Assembly: GCA_907165135.1 (NCBI GenBank)
Contig: OU015570.1
Span: 620,001-684,000 of the forward strand
DNA: 64,000 bases
From: Oikopleura dioica
Lineage: Eukaryota; Animalia; Chordata
Reading direction: 5' to 3'
The notes below the pieces were generated by a model that had not been told where the DNA came from, made no database searches, and saw only the letters and a list, made by a program, of their open reading frames with translations. The translations under genes and the position numbers were made by a program. Shown here one piece after another: positions 11,288-23,839 of the stretch; position 1 is the stretch's first letter, and each line of letters begins with the position of its first letter.

Positions 11288-13429
11288 TGAGTTATTCTGG
11301 CCTGAATCGGAGTCTGTACGAGTGTTGCCGCTAGTACTCGTGCTTTGGTTAGACTGTTTTATTATAAAATCGGAGAGAAGAGGAGAGTTTAGGAACAGCT
11401 GACTGAACGGGACAGTCAGCTGGGTGCACAGGAAATATTGCATAGACCGAGCTATTTATAGTCTTTGATTGACAGGCTGCATCTAAGCAAGAATATCTCA
11501 CCCTACTCCCGCTAAGGGAGAAGATGAGTTTGTTCGACAAGCTCCACAGGGGGATAGGCATAACACACAAAAAGGACTTTTCTGCTTAAGCTGTAGATAT
11601 AAAATAACCTACTGAAAGGGTGTTTGAGTTCGGAAAGTCCATCGAAGCATCGTTGCTCATCGGCGATCTGGATGCGTGGGCTTCATCTTTCTCGAACCTT
11701 CTTTGGAGGTTGACGTAAGACCCCTCAACCAATTTAAACCCCATATTGACAATTTTGAATTTGAATTCCTTCGGAGCATTTTTTTCGAAAGACGCGCCCA
11801 TCAATCTTCGACGAACCAGAACTACGATTAGAAATGAGGCTCTGATGGATACTTTCCGAACTCAAACACCCCTTCAGTAGGAAGTTATGTACAGTAGTTA
11901 AGTATCTGGTTCATTCAGCACACGTGGGCATCGCATCAGAGGCGGCTATTGTATCAGCGACAAGGATGGTTTGCAGAGGTTAATTGGTAAAAAGGTAGTT
12001 AGTAGAAAGAGGGCCTTGACAATCAAGGATGTGTTATAGAAAATGGCTAAAAGTAAAGAGAATACAGTATATAACATTTGATAACTTGCATGTCTATCAA
12101 AGGCGAATGTAAAGAAAGATGGAAGAGAGAGAAGGGCCTTACTTAGAAAATTAAGTCTAGTCTGTTTTTTTTTAGGAAAAATGGTCTGGTATTTTGAAAA
12201 CATTGTTAAAAAGCGACATAAAAATTCAGAAAATGCCTTAACTGTATATAAATATGATAACCGAAATCGACCATGTAATTGAACTGTGCGAAGCTAGTAT
12301 ATTTTCAAAGCTCTCAGCCATAATGTAGGAACTGTTTTACCCCGCCATTCCCAGTGGCTAGTTCCATGGGTTCCGACGTATCACCTTAGTCGGGCAAGTA
12401 ATCAACCCGTAAGCCTTTCCCCTCCCCGCAATACAAAATGGCTAGTAGAAATGAGCTTGAAAATGATACCCTACGGAGAGTCGATTACGGAGTACTGTGT
12501 TGTGAGCGGCAAGTTTGGGTTGAACATTAGGATTGGGCTAGCTACAAGGTCGGAAGCCTCACATTCATATCAAAGGCTAAGCATTTCTCCCTTTTTATGA
12601 CTTTTAACATTAACACAAGACTTTCATGGAAAATTTTGTTTTCAAATTTCAGATCATAATTATCTGTAGAAAAACAGGATCACTCGAAAATTAATCATTA
12701 AAATATTAGATAAAGGCTTTAAAAGTATTTAAAAAGTATAAAATCCTAATGTTTAGATCGTAATTTCTCTCTCTAACCTTCATTGATAATTGTGCTTGAG
12801 ATAAAGCAAAAGTTTGAAGAGCAGTAGACGTCATTGATGATGCTGAAACGGAAACTTCTACTGACCAGATGAGACTCGTGGTCGATGAAATTTGCGAGGC
12901 CATTGTGAAGTTTAGTTGACAGCAATTTGATCGGGAGACGGAACTGGTTGTGCTGGAGAAGTCGTCATTGACGGCGAAGCAAGGGTTGTTTGAGGAGAAG
13001 TGAGCAACATTGCTTGTGATAGAGGCGTTGCATTTGCTGCTGCAAAGGGTGGCACCGGCGGTACTGGAACTTGAGTGAAGATATGAAGATGGGATTGACT
13101 GGATCGGTCGTTTTGCTGATTTGTGTCGATTCTCTCGTCTTCTTCTTAAATTCTCTGGGTTGACTGGACTTTCTTTGGTTGCGTTCAAAAAGTTTTTTGT
13201 TTTATTCAGTCACCAGTGAGTTATTCTGGCCTGAATCGGAGTCTGTACGAGTGTTGCTGCTAGTACTCGTGCTTTGGTTAGACTGTTTTATTATAAAATC
13301 GGAGAGAAGAGGAGAGTTTAGGAACAGCTGACTGAACGGGACATTCAGCTGGGTGCACAGGTAATATTGCATAGATCGAGCTATTTATAGGCTTTGATTG
13401 ACAGGCTGCATCTAAGCCAGAATATCTCA
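11288..13429 (-). mobile_element. Non-autonomous LTR retroelement (TRIM/LARD-like)
   Basis: 213-bp LTRs at 11288-11500 and 13217-13429 (TG...CA, TATAAATAGC on the minus strand). PBS TGGTGACTG next to the right LTR, PPT GGGAGTAGGG next to the left LTR, 4-bp TSD GTTC/GTGC. No pol. Confidence 0.85.
11608..11881. mobile_element. Small MITE nested in the LTR element
   Basis: ~30-bp inverted repeat CCTACTGAA(A/G)GGGTGTTTGAGTTCGGAAAGT. Confidence 0.55.
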
Positions 13430-14365
13430 GTGCACCCCCTAGGCATAACGCACAAAAAATCGACTTTTTTTCTGAAAGTCGTAGGAAGCTCATTTTCAAC
13501 TATCATATAGATTTTTGTGCTCTAACCCTAACCCTAACCCGACCATGATTTTCGCCATTTCAAAGTGGCCCGAACCGACCCTACATTGAAAAAGAATAGT
13601 CGATGCCGACCCTAGGACACCCTGTCGATAAATGAGTTCGTTTAATTTGCAGTGACAGCGTTTTTTTATGCTTCCGAAAAGCTGGGGAGCTTATGTTCTC
13701 CGACTATAGACATCGTGGAGGGTCCAAAAGAGGCTCATATTGTAGCTTAGGGTCTAAACTTTGGCGCAGGGGTTTAAAAATTCTAGAGCCAACGCACGAT
13801 GACGTAATATTGCGTTACAGGCACGACCCAAAATTCTGTACATAATTTTGTAGCATAAATCGGCGAAAATTTACAGAATTTTGGGCTTTTGCAAAATTTT
13901 ACCAATTTTCAATAAAAAGAAAGTTTTTAATGATTTTTCTTCCATATGCGTCTCAAGAGCAAAAAAATGATTGGTTGCCTTATGCCCAGATCGCCTCCCG
14001 CCCAATTTGGGCAAAAGGCGATCTTGGACGAGGGGGCGAAGCCCCAGGTAAGGGACACTTCGATTTGATATTATCAAATTTTTCTTTTTTTATTTTATTT
14101 CTAACTTTTACTTTGTGAAGGGCTTGAAATTCACGATCACAACATTCGCAAACGATTTTATTTCTATTAGAGACATTGAAATGCTCATCCTCGTTTCGCC
14201 AGGATTCGGGTCAAAACTAGCGACCCGAGGATGAGGGGAAATTCCGGCGAACTGAAATAAAACTGGCTTTAAACATACAGTATGTTACATATTTTTTTGA
14301 ATCGATATTGACACCCTTAAGTCTAGATAAGGAGCCGCAAAAGTGTAAGTTTGATTTATTATTTC

Positions 14366-14770
14366 GGGGCGCACTGGATATGTCGCCGAATGTCGCCGAA
14401 TATCGCTGAATAACGCCGAATGTCGCCGAATGTCGCCACTTATTTTCAAAAAATAGGGATTATGAAAGAAAAATTGGTACTGGCTTTTTGGTACTGCGAG
14501 TCCCCGACCCCCCTAGAAACGAATAAGGCGGAAATAGTAGGAGGCGCGGCAATAGAAGTGAGTCCACCCGACCAGTGAGTTTTCTACCACAAATCGCGCG
14601 GAGCGCTTCCTTGTCTCGAATCTATGCTAAAACAATTCTAGAACAAGTTTGTTTTGAAATTTCTGGATTAAAAACAAGTTTTCTCCTCAAAAAACCTGGT
14701 TTTCGAAAATAGGTGGCGACATTCGGCGACATTCGGCGACATTCGGCGACATTCGGCGACATAACCAGTG
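14366..14770. mobile_element. MITE with subterminal (TGTCGCCGAA)n repeats
   Basis: CACTGG(A/T)TATGTCGCCGAA is inverted at the two ends. A truncated relative interrupts the capsid fossil at ~2047-2090. No TSD found. Confidence 0.65.
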
Positions 14771-15258
14771 TCGACAATTATTTCTAATAACAGAAGCTAG
14801 TGATCAAAAGATTGATTTACTCTGAGCAGCAAAACTCTAATTAGTAATTAGTAATTACTGATATTTGATACCAATCTCTTGAAAAAAATTTGTTTTCAAT
14901 TTTCGGCAAAATGTACAGAATTTTGGGTAGACGCATAATATGTCCTCGAACGTCCCGAATGTCCCGAGTTTCTCGAATGTCCCCGCCATTTTTCTCAAAA
15001 AAAAAAATAAAAACATCAACCCATCTAGAAAATTAACGTGATTACCCTGATTTCCTAAAATGACCGTTTTCGGCTGATAAATGCGCTAAAAACATTTAAA
15101 ATGATGGAATTGAGGGAGAAGAAAGCGCTCCGCCCAATTTATGGCAGAAAACTCCTTGATCTGACAGGCCAGTCATTGGTATTCGAATACCAAATTTCCG
15201 GGGTGTAGGGCGGCCCGGTTCTGCAGCAGAACCTGGTTCTGCAAATTGCAGAGCAAAT

Positions 15259-15772
15259 ATGAAGCGTGGTTTTATCCTTGGCGAGTTAAGGCGCAGTGCG
15301 TATAAAAACTCATCAAAGGCTCATCTCGAATCTGATATTAATGCAATATCCGAGAAAAACAGCAGCCAAGGGTATCCCGAAAAAGTAGTAAATGCGGCGA
15401 TTAATCGGGTTCAAAATGGTAGTGATAGAAAAACGGATTGGGAAAAAGAGAAAAGCGAAAACCCATCGAATATTTTTACATTAAGGATTCCCTACACTTC
15501 ACATCGGGTTCAAAAAATTACTCGAGAATTACGCAAACTCATTAATAAATTTTTACCTAATTTCAATATCCATTTCGCCCACCGCTGCCTATCCATAAGA
15601 AACTTACTCATTTCTCACCTCATGCCCAAAACAGAACAAAAGAACGCCCTTAACTGTGTATATTTATTTACTTGTTATTGTGGAATAAGATATATAGGCG
15701 AATGCGAAAATTTACGTAACAGATGCATTGATCATCAACAACCTAGTAAATCTACAGCAATTCATACCGTTG
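15259..15772 (+). pseudogene. Penelope-like element fragment: RT C-terminus plus GIY-YIG endonuclease
   Basis: GFILGELRRSAY...GYPEKVV...LRIPYTS...CVYLFTCYCGIRYIGECENLRNRCIDH matches the PLE GIY-YIG pattern (VY.I.C.CG..YIGET...L..R..EH). Truncated at both ends. Confidence 0.85.
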
Positions 15773-16134
15773 CGCTCTCACTTTTGCGGCGGTGAAAAAT
15801 CTCGATCTGAAGCTCCATCAGATCGAGATTTAGCGCGAGGCGTGTATTTTCTGAGACGTACAACACCTACCACACTCCCCGCAGATCACAGCTTTCCCGA
15901 GCGCGCACCAATCAGAGCGCGGCGTGAAATAAGCGCCCTCACTCGGAAATAAAATCAAGAATGAAGGTTAATTAAAATAAACGGTTTTTTGACAGGATTA
16001 ATGAATTGAGAACTTTCTTTAAAAGGCGGTTATTTTATAATAATCTTTTAATAATATAATATCATAATAATAATATAGGTACATATAATGTAGTTTAAAT
16101 AAATTAATCGATTATAAAACCAAATTTTATTGGC

Positions 16135-16455
16135 TTTCCCACACTCAATCCCGGCTTCACCCACTTTAATCTTTGCTTCAACAACTTCGATCCTAGCTTT
16201 GCAGACGTCAATCCTGGTCGCTCCAGCGTCAATCCCGGCTTCTTAAGATCCGATCCGGGCGTCACTTTCTTCAATCCTAGCTTCTCAGATGCCAGTCCCG
16301 GCTTTAAAATTTTCTTTTATTGCTTCTTGAATAATAATCAATTAAATTGAGGTTGGAAAAGCCGAGATTGAAACTGATGAAGGTGGGCTTGACGCTGAAA
16401 AAGTCGGGGTTTACGTCAAAGAACCCGGGATCGACATTGGAAAATCCAGAATCGG
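16135..16455. repeat. Degenerate 21-bp repeat foldback
   Basis: aatcccggcttc-like units on + at 16148-16304 and inverted at 16350-16450. Related blocks at 18790-19135. Confidence 0.5.
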
Positions 16456-16904
16456 CAGAATCCTGAATTGGCTATTTGAGAAACTTAGGATTTCAAGAGA
16501 TCTAGGATTCGATAAATGCGGGATTTTGGGAAATGCGGGAGCAGAAAAAAGAAAAGGGTTGAAAATTCCAGCGACGAGAAGCAAAAAAAAAAATTTGGCG
16601 AGAAAAAAGCAGTCAAAATCGCGTTTATAAAGGACCATTTTCGTGGAAACGCACCAAAAACGGGCATTTTTTTACAATTCTGATTATTCCAGCCCAAAAT
16701 CGCATTTTAATCAAAAAATCTTGGGTTCAACAGTGTACGTGCGAGACCCATTTTGGCCAAAACCGTGGGAAGCTCTAAATAGAAAAAATAAAAAAAAGAC
16801 CATAAGTCTTTTTGAAACTTGGACAATTCGAATTTTATAAACAATGGGTGTGGGCGGGGTTGGGGACTTAACTGAGATTGATCACCTCAGAGTTCCCAGC
16901 CATT

Positions 16905-18356
16905 GTCAAGCCCCTTAAATTAAAAAATCAAGAATCGGGGCTGAGACGGCCCGAAGGGCCGTCAAGCCCCTTAAATTAAAAAATCAAGAATCGGGGCTGA
17001 GACGGCCCGAAGGGCCGTCAAGCCCCTTAAATTAAAAATCAAGAATCGGGGCTGAGACGGCCCGAAGGGCCGTCAAGCCCCTTAAATTAAAATCAAGAAT
17101 CGGGGCTGAGACGGCCCGAAGGGCCGTCAAGCCCCTTAAATTAAAAATCAAGAATCGGGGCTGAGACGGCCCGAAGGGCCGTCAAGCCCCTTAAATTAAA
17201 AATCAAGAATCGCGGCTAAGACGGCCCGAAGGGCCGTCAAGCCCTAAATTAAAAAATCAAGAATCGGGGCTGAGACGGCCCGAAGGGCCGTCAAGCCCCT
17301 TAAATTAAAAATCAAGAATCGGGGCTGAGACGGCCCGAAGGGCCGTCAAGCCCCTTAAATTAAAAATCAAGAATCGGGGCTGAGACGGCCCGAAGGGCCG
17401 TCAAGCCCCTTAAATTAAAAATCAAGAATCGGGGCTGAGACGGCCCGAAGGGCCGTCAAGTACCTTAAATTAAAAATCAAGAATCGGGGCTGAGACGGCC
17501 CGAAGGGCCGTCAAGCCCTTAAATTAAAATCAAGAATCGGGGCTGAGACGGCCCGAAGGGCCGTCAAGCCCTTAAATTAAAAATCAAGAATCGGGGCTGA
17601 GACGGCCCGAAGGGCCGTCAAGCCCCTTAAATTAAAAATCAAGAATCGGGGCTGAGACGGCCCGAAGGGCCGTCAAGCCCCTTAAAATAAAAATCAAGAA
17701 TCGGGGCTGAGACGGCCCGAAGGGCCGTCAAGCCCCTTAAATTAAAAATCAAGAATCGGGGCTGAGACGGCCCGAAGGGCCGTCAAGCCCTTAAATTAAA
17801 AATCAAGAATCGGGGCTGAGACGGCCCGAAGGGCCGTCAAGCCCCTTAATTAAAATCAAGAATCGGGGCTGAGACGGCCCGAAGGGCCGTCAAGCCCCTT
17901 AAATTAAAAATCAAGAATCGGGGCTGAGACGGCCCGAAGGGCCGTCAAGCCCCTTAAATTAAAAAATCAAGAATCGGGGCTGAGACGGCCCGAAGGGCCG
18001 TCAAGCGGGTGGCGGGTGGCCCGGTTCTGTCAGAACCAGGTTCTGCAAATGCAGAACCGGGTTCTGTAAATGCAGAACCTGGTTCTGCAGTCAGATTTTT
18101 TAATTGATATTATTTTAACTTCCTCGGTGTCAGCACGTTAAATGAGGCTTGCATTAATGTTCTGACTTGTAATAATCTTGGAGTTTCTTCAAGACAGGCG
18201 CGGAGCGCACAAAAACTCTGACTGCAGAACCAGGTTCTGCATTTACAGAATCAGGTTCTGCAATTTGCAGAACCAGGTTCTGCTGCAGAACCGGGCCGCC
18301 CTACATCCCGTCAAGCCCCTTAAATTAAAAAATCAAGAATCGGGGCTGAGACGGCC
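16905..18356. repeat. ~55-bp hairpin-containing tandem satellite, about 20-21 units
   Basis: Unit gtcaagccccttaaattaaaaatcaagaatcggggctgagacggcccgaagggcc; differences are mostly in the A-run and C-run lengths. Interrupted by a MITE at 18007-18308. Confidence 0.95.
18007..18308. mobile_element. GG-terminal MITE with 8-bp TSD (Merlin- or MULE-like)
   Basis: TSD CGTCAAGC at 17999-18006 and 18309-18316; ends GGGTGGCGGGTGGCCCGG / CCGGGCCGCCCTACATCC; gcagaaccaggttctgc subterminal palindromes. Confidence 0.85.
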
Positions 18357-18389
18357 TTAATTAATTTATTTTTGAAATTTAATTTATCT

Positions 18390-18765
18390 GTTCAGCTCAG
18401 CTCAGACAATTATCACTCAGCTCAGCTTAGGTCAGCTGAATCATTCACGAACATGATCTATTCTGCTCAGCTTACCTTGGCTCAGACAAGTATCATTCAG
18501 CTCAGCTCAGCTTAAGGATTTTAACACAATTTCACTACTTGAAAACACTTTAAAACAGCTGAACCCAGTTCACTCAGCTCAGCTCAGCTGCCTTGAAAAG
18601 GTCTGCTCAGTTTTGCTCAGCTCAATGACCTCTAAAATGGCAAGCTCAGCTCAGTGAGCTCCGAAATAGGCCAGCTCAGCTCAGAGAATTTCTCACTCAT
18701 GGCGGCTCAGCTCAGCTCAGCAAAAATAAAGCCAAATTTGCAACTCTGGTGGGAGCTTGGAGCTG
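18390..18765. repeat. (CAGCT)n-rich dispersed repeat
   Basis: agctcagctcag arrays; related pieces at 27445-27485 (inverted) and 32850-32884. Confidence 0.6.
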
Positions 18766-20329
18766 AGATTTTTGAAAATTTGGAACCCTGATCTTAATCC
18801 TGGGTTCATCGATTTCTATCTGGGCTTTTCCAACCATGATTGACATTCAAGAAGCATGATTTGCAACTGAGAAGCCGAGACCTAGGTCTGAGAAATTGGT
18901 AATGGGTTACCAATTGGTAATGAGTCCGACCGTTTCCCAAAATGTTTAATTATTAGAATTAAGATTTTAGTTTGTGACGCTAGGATCGGCGTAAAGAAGC
19001 CGAAATCGACGCTGGAGATGCCACAATGGACGTTCGAGTCACCAGAATTGACGTCTGAAAAGCTAGGATCGAAGTTGTTGAAGCTGGGATTGAAGTTGAT
19101 GAAGCCGGGACTGACTGTGGAGAATCTTAATCAATTCACATCGCCTTTAACCCAACTTGGGGAAACAGCGACTTTGGCAAACGGAGACCACTCGATTATT
19201 TTGTTTATAATATGATGTTAAAAGACATTTCAGTTGAGCCAGCAAGAATATGCAGAAAAAACTGCACAAGAAAATGTCTTAATTACTTATATAATCATAT
19301 TAAAGAAGAGTTTCTAATTTAATAGCAAAGGAAGATTTTTCCTCTTCTTAGAGCGCGCTGCTCCTTAGCGCCCCCACAAGGCCGAGCCTCTGGTCAATTT
19401 TTCCCCTGCTTCGAGAATGTTACGTCATTCCGGGTAATAACCACACCGCAGGCCCAAGCGCAAGTGCGCCTGAATTTTTAGCGCACCGCCTCGCGAGTGA
19501 AATCGCAACGGTAGTCATACTTCTATTTGTGAACAATTTAAGACGAAATTTGATGACTTTAGTCGTATTGATAATTTTGAAAATCGGTTCGCTTTTCTCC
19601 GCGAAAAATTCCAAGTCTTACATTCAAATTTAGAATATAAAACGCGAATTCAATTTGAGGCTTTAGAGATTCGCTTAGGAGGACCAAAACTTAACAAACA
19701 AATTAAACATATATCCCTTGAAATTATCTAATGTTTACCAATTCAGAGGCAATGACTGGAGCCATTTTGGTGCCTCTGAAAATCACTCAAAATTCTCAAT
19801 TATTATTTATCTCTAGAACACTGGAGAGCATCAGTTATTTTTGCTCAAGGAATACTAATTCGACCTCAACTCCGAGACGGTAGGTAGTTATGTTTGGGTT
19901 TCTTTTTCAGATAGTTTAGTTCTCTGCACTGAAGATGGTCCTTGACCGAAATCGATCTGCAAAATAACTTCACTTCATATTATCAAAAGGAAAGATGAAA
20001 ATCGAATTTCGAAATTGAAAAAATTGTAGCAAATCTCAAAAGTCGAGCTATCATAGATTATAAATTGAAATATATAGGAATAATTTTGTTATTCAATATT
20101 TAAAAAATCTATTTATAATCCTTTTATAATTGAATACGATATGAGCAGGATGTGTACTGTAAAAACTGCAAAATAGCGATCGAGGTTAAGCTTATTTTTC
20201 GTAGTGACAATATACTGCGAATAAAATCCCAGTAGAGAAATAAATTGGAAGAATCAGAATATATTTTTGAAGATAACGCTTAAAAAAGAATATTTTTGAG
20301 ATCAAATTTTTAAAGAAAAACCTGAGAAT

Positions 20330-21240
20330 GCTCTTGAGCAGCACAATTTGTCAAATTGACATGGAGATTTTCCGATATTAGATGTCTGACATGAGTTTCG
20401 CCTTGCTCAATGTACTGGAGTCTATGTGACTGTAGCATATTTATTCAACAGTGGGTAAAACACTGGGCTTCGCTTGAGTGTGTGTTTTGTAGAGAAACTA
20501 TTGCATGAGTGAGTGATCCTTGCTGATCGTTCACAGAAAGGGCGAGGGAAAACAGCTGATAGGAAGTGAGAACTCGTGAATTACTTATTAATCATCTTTG
20601 TTGAGTCAAACCTCAAGCATGGAGCTGTATTATATGTCCCGTCCACGGCCCAGCTCGTGTGACCTCGAATCGCGCAAATTTCTTTCAAGAGCTGATCAGT
20701 TTTCCTTGCTGACATGTTGATAAGTTTCATTTGACAACTGTGTCGTAAATTGCGCCACTTTTTAGAATTAAAGTCCATTTTGAGAAAAGTGCCTTTTTCC
20801 CACACTGAAGGCTTGACATGCTCACTAGCAGATATATAAAAATCTATCGACTGAATATTTCCTTACTGATACTGAAAACACGGTCCATTGTTGTTGCCTT
20901 CGTTCCTGCGATCTCCAGAGCACAGGCAAAAGACTGATTGATGCCTTCATCCGTTGACACCAGTCGTTTTTTCACTTTACAACCATTACGAAAAATGATT
21001 GATCTAAATTCCCATATTATTTAATATTTCGACATTCAAAAAGTACCTTATTGAAAGCCCGCTGATACTTTAAGGCGACAGCCGTACTTGTTGGCCTTTA
21101 CATTGGCAAGGTTTCCAGACTTGTAAGAACTAAAATTTTAGATGAACACTTACTTAAGGTATAAAGAGATACCTTCAAAAATTCTTTGATATTGATGATT
21201 ATATTTGGTGAATTTGTGTCTTTTATCTTAGCTGAATCTA
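20330..21240 (-). pseudogene. MULE/Mutator transposase fossil with short introns
   Basis: WAVDGTYNTAP followed, in another frame, by TSYQLFSLAL...LTHAIV matches the MULE DGT..T.P...YQL motif. A candidate 43-bp GT-AG intron lies upstream. Several stops. Confidence 0.65.
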
Positions 21241-21241
21241 A

Positions 21242-21660
21242 CGGTAGACGACGGGTTTCATTCTTTATAAAGAATCATTCTTTAGAAAAAGAATCATTCT
21301 TTGAAAACAAAGAATCATTCTTTTTCGGATGGCTTCAAAAAGAATGATTCTTTTTTGTTTTTATAAATGTTACTCTAGAAATCACTCATTGAAAACTTCA
21401 TGTATATCGGAGTACACAAAAACCAAAAGCGATTGAGCGCTTCGCGCCTGTTTTATAGGAAACTCGAGAAGTTTTGGAGTGGATGATTTAAAATAAGTAT
21501 CACTTTGGCAATATTTTCGTATAAAACAATGAGAAACGAATCTTTCTAGAATATCGGAAAAAAGAATGAAACCCGTTTCTTCGCAGGGAAATAAACGGCT
21601 TTCATTCTTTGCGAAAAAGAGTGATTCTTTATAAAGAATGAAACCGTTGAACGACGTTTC
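21242..21660. mobile_element. MITE-like inverted repeat with AAGAATCATTCTTT repeats
   Basis: gggtttcattctttataaagaatcattc is inverted at 21620-21650. Confidence 0.5.
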
Positions 21661-23194
21661 TGCCTTTAATAGTTTTTGATTGAATCTTCGCACCAATTTT
21701 TTAAAAAATTTTCCTTTTTTAGAAATATGCGACAAATTATTTTATGAATTTTCTCCAAAATTGTAAAAAAAAAACATAAAAAAACATAATAAAGGTTCGA
21801 AATGCATTTTTATCATGTATATTATGTATATATCATAAAGTTAATTTTCGAGGTCACTTGAGGTCACGTGACCTCGTATGACCTCGAGCATGTTTATCCA
21901 TATACAGAAACCATTGTTGTTCATTTTAATCTTACAATAATCAGTTCCAAAGAAATTTATAATGAAAGAGGAGCTTTATTGATCCATCGAAAATTTAACA
22001 TTTTCATTTTGAAAATTTTCTTGAGAAAATTTTTGATTTTCATCAAAAACTACCGACAAAATTTAGATAAGGGTCTGAAGTTTATATTTCAGGCTTAAAA
22101 AAGGGGGATTGCTTAGGCAGATTTCTCGGAATTTCGCCATTTATATGGTCCATTTTCGGCGAGTTGCCAACTTTGACGGGCTAGATTTCCAAGAAAATCT
22201 TGACGAATCATAAAAAACTACTGACAAAAGTAAAATCTAGCTTAGATATTTCAAAAAAGCTATTGTACGCATTTTTAGCCCCTCCAGGTTCCCCAGAATA
22301 AACCTTTAAAGTCGGCCATCTCGACCCAGGTACCCTTAAGTCTTATGATGATCTGTTGATCGAAACTGGTAACTGAGTAAATAGGAAAAGAGAAAAACAG
22401 TATAATTGCATTTTTTATCATCAGTCGGATGTGTAAAGTGCGCTAATATACCATTGATCCCAAGTTTTTAACGACTATTAGTAATAATACTCCCGTGAGA
22501 TTCGGATAATCCAGAAAGGTTCAATAGAATGTGCTAATTTTTTTCAGGTACAAACGATATTATTGTGATAATGATAGCAAGTATCTTCATTCATGGTTAA
22601 GCAGAATAATATATTCTTGTAACTTTCACAATAACATTATTTATCATAAAAAGACGCCTTTTCTCATACCGAAGTCATCTGAGATCTGATAAGCTAAAAA
22701 AGCTGTAAAATATATGATTCATTAAAAATTTTGGCCCGAATGAATTCTGCGAACCGTTCGCAGTGATAATGAGCCTTTTTTATCTTACGGGAATCGTTTT
22801 CAATAATTTCTTTCTGGAAAATCAGTCAGTCAGGAATGCCAATTGCGGTACTTAAAGCGAAACCGTGACGTTAAAGTTCATCTAAATTTTGAGTTATTAT
22901 TACTGATAACTCTGTTCAGAGTATTGATACAACCTTCATCTTTTACCCTGCATGAGAACTGACTACAAGAAACAATTTGCTGGGTTGATCATTTGTTTAT
23001 CACTTCTAGAACAAAAACGCCCGGTGACAACTTACTTTCTGGTAACCAGCCGGTAAACAGATTAATCCATAGAATAATCAAGAGTTAGACCCATCATTCG
23101 ACTCATCTTAACGAGCTGGAGAAAACTGCACTTGCAGTTTTTTTGCGATTTCTGGCCCAACAAAAAGTTTTCGAAGGGCCGTCAAGCCCCTTAA

Positions 23195-23839
23195 GGGACC
23201 TGGCCGAGCAGCGCGCTCCTGAACTTCAGGCGCACGCATTATCTGATAAAAATACGATATTTCAAAAAAATTTTTTGGTAAAGATATCTACAGTATCTCA
23301 GCTTTCTTCTCGTGTTCTTTGTTTTTCTCATTAATTTAGAATAAGAGAAATAAAACTATAAATTGCATCAGTTTCTTTACTAACAACAATCAGATCACGA
23401 AAATTATATCATTGAAAAGCCCGTTCAATTCTCTACAAATCTTATAGACTTAGCATTTGCGAATTGTTGTATTTTGGCTCGATCGAGGCTCGAAATCGCA
23501 CCACATGCGCCTCCGTGCGCTCAGTTCTCTAACTTATCAGCGCGCACGAACCAAAATACAACAATTCGCAAATGCTTAGTCTATTAGATTTGTAGAGAAT
23601 TGAGCGGGCTTTTCAATGATATAATTTCCGTGATCTGATTGTTGTTAGTAAAGAAACTGATGCAATTTAAAGTTTTATTTCTCTTATTCTAAATTAATGA
23701 GTCTTTAATCTATGCTAGTGAAAAACAAAGAACACGAGAAGAAAGCTGAGAGACTGTAGATATCTTTACCAAAAAAAATTTTTGAAATATCGTATTTTTA
23801 TTATTTGAAGTTCAGGCGCGCACTGCTCGGCCAGGTCCC
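23195..23839. mobile_element. Long-palindrome MITE with TTAA TSD and GG termini (Kolobok-like)
   Basis: TTAA at 23191-23194 and 23840-23843; ~285-bp arms starting GGGACCTGGCCGAGCAG. Inserted into a dispersed copy of the 55-bp hairpin unit. Confidence 0.8.

Larger units (their letters stand above)
7460..13439. mobile_element. Mutator (MULE)-like non-autonomous element with nested insertions
   Basis: 9-bp TSD TAGGCATAA at 7451-7459 and 13440-13448. The 21-bp TIR GGGGGTGCACAGTGGGAAAAT is restored at the right end when the nested LTR element 11288-13429 is removed. Confidence 0.75.

Noticed and set aside
16905-18356. CRISPR-like array (palindromic repeat plus spacer)
   Set aside because: The spacers are identical, there are no cas genes and the context is eukaryotic. 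It is a satellite.
22500-23120. Possible third MULE fragment (DNDSKY...CNFH)
   Set aside because: Motif matches are too weak and the frames too broken to support a call.
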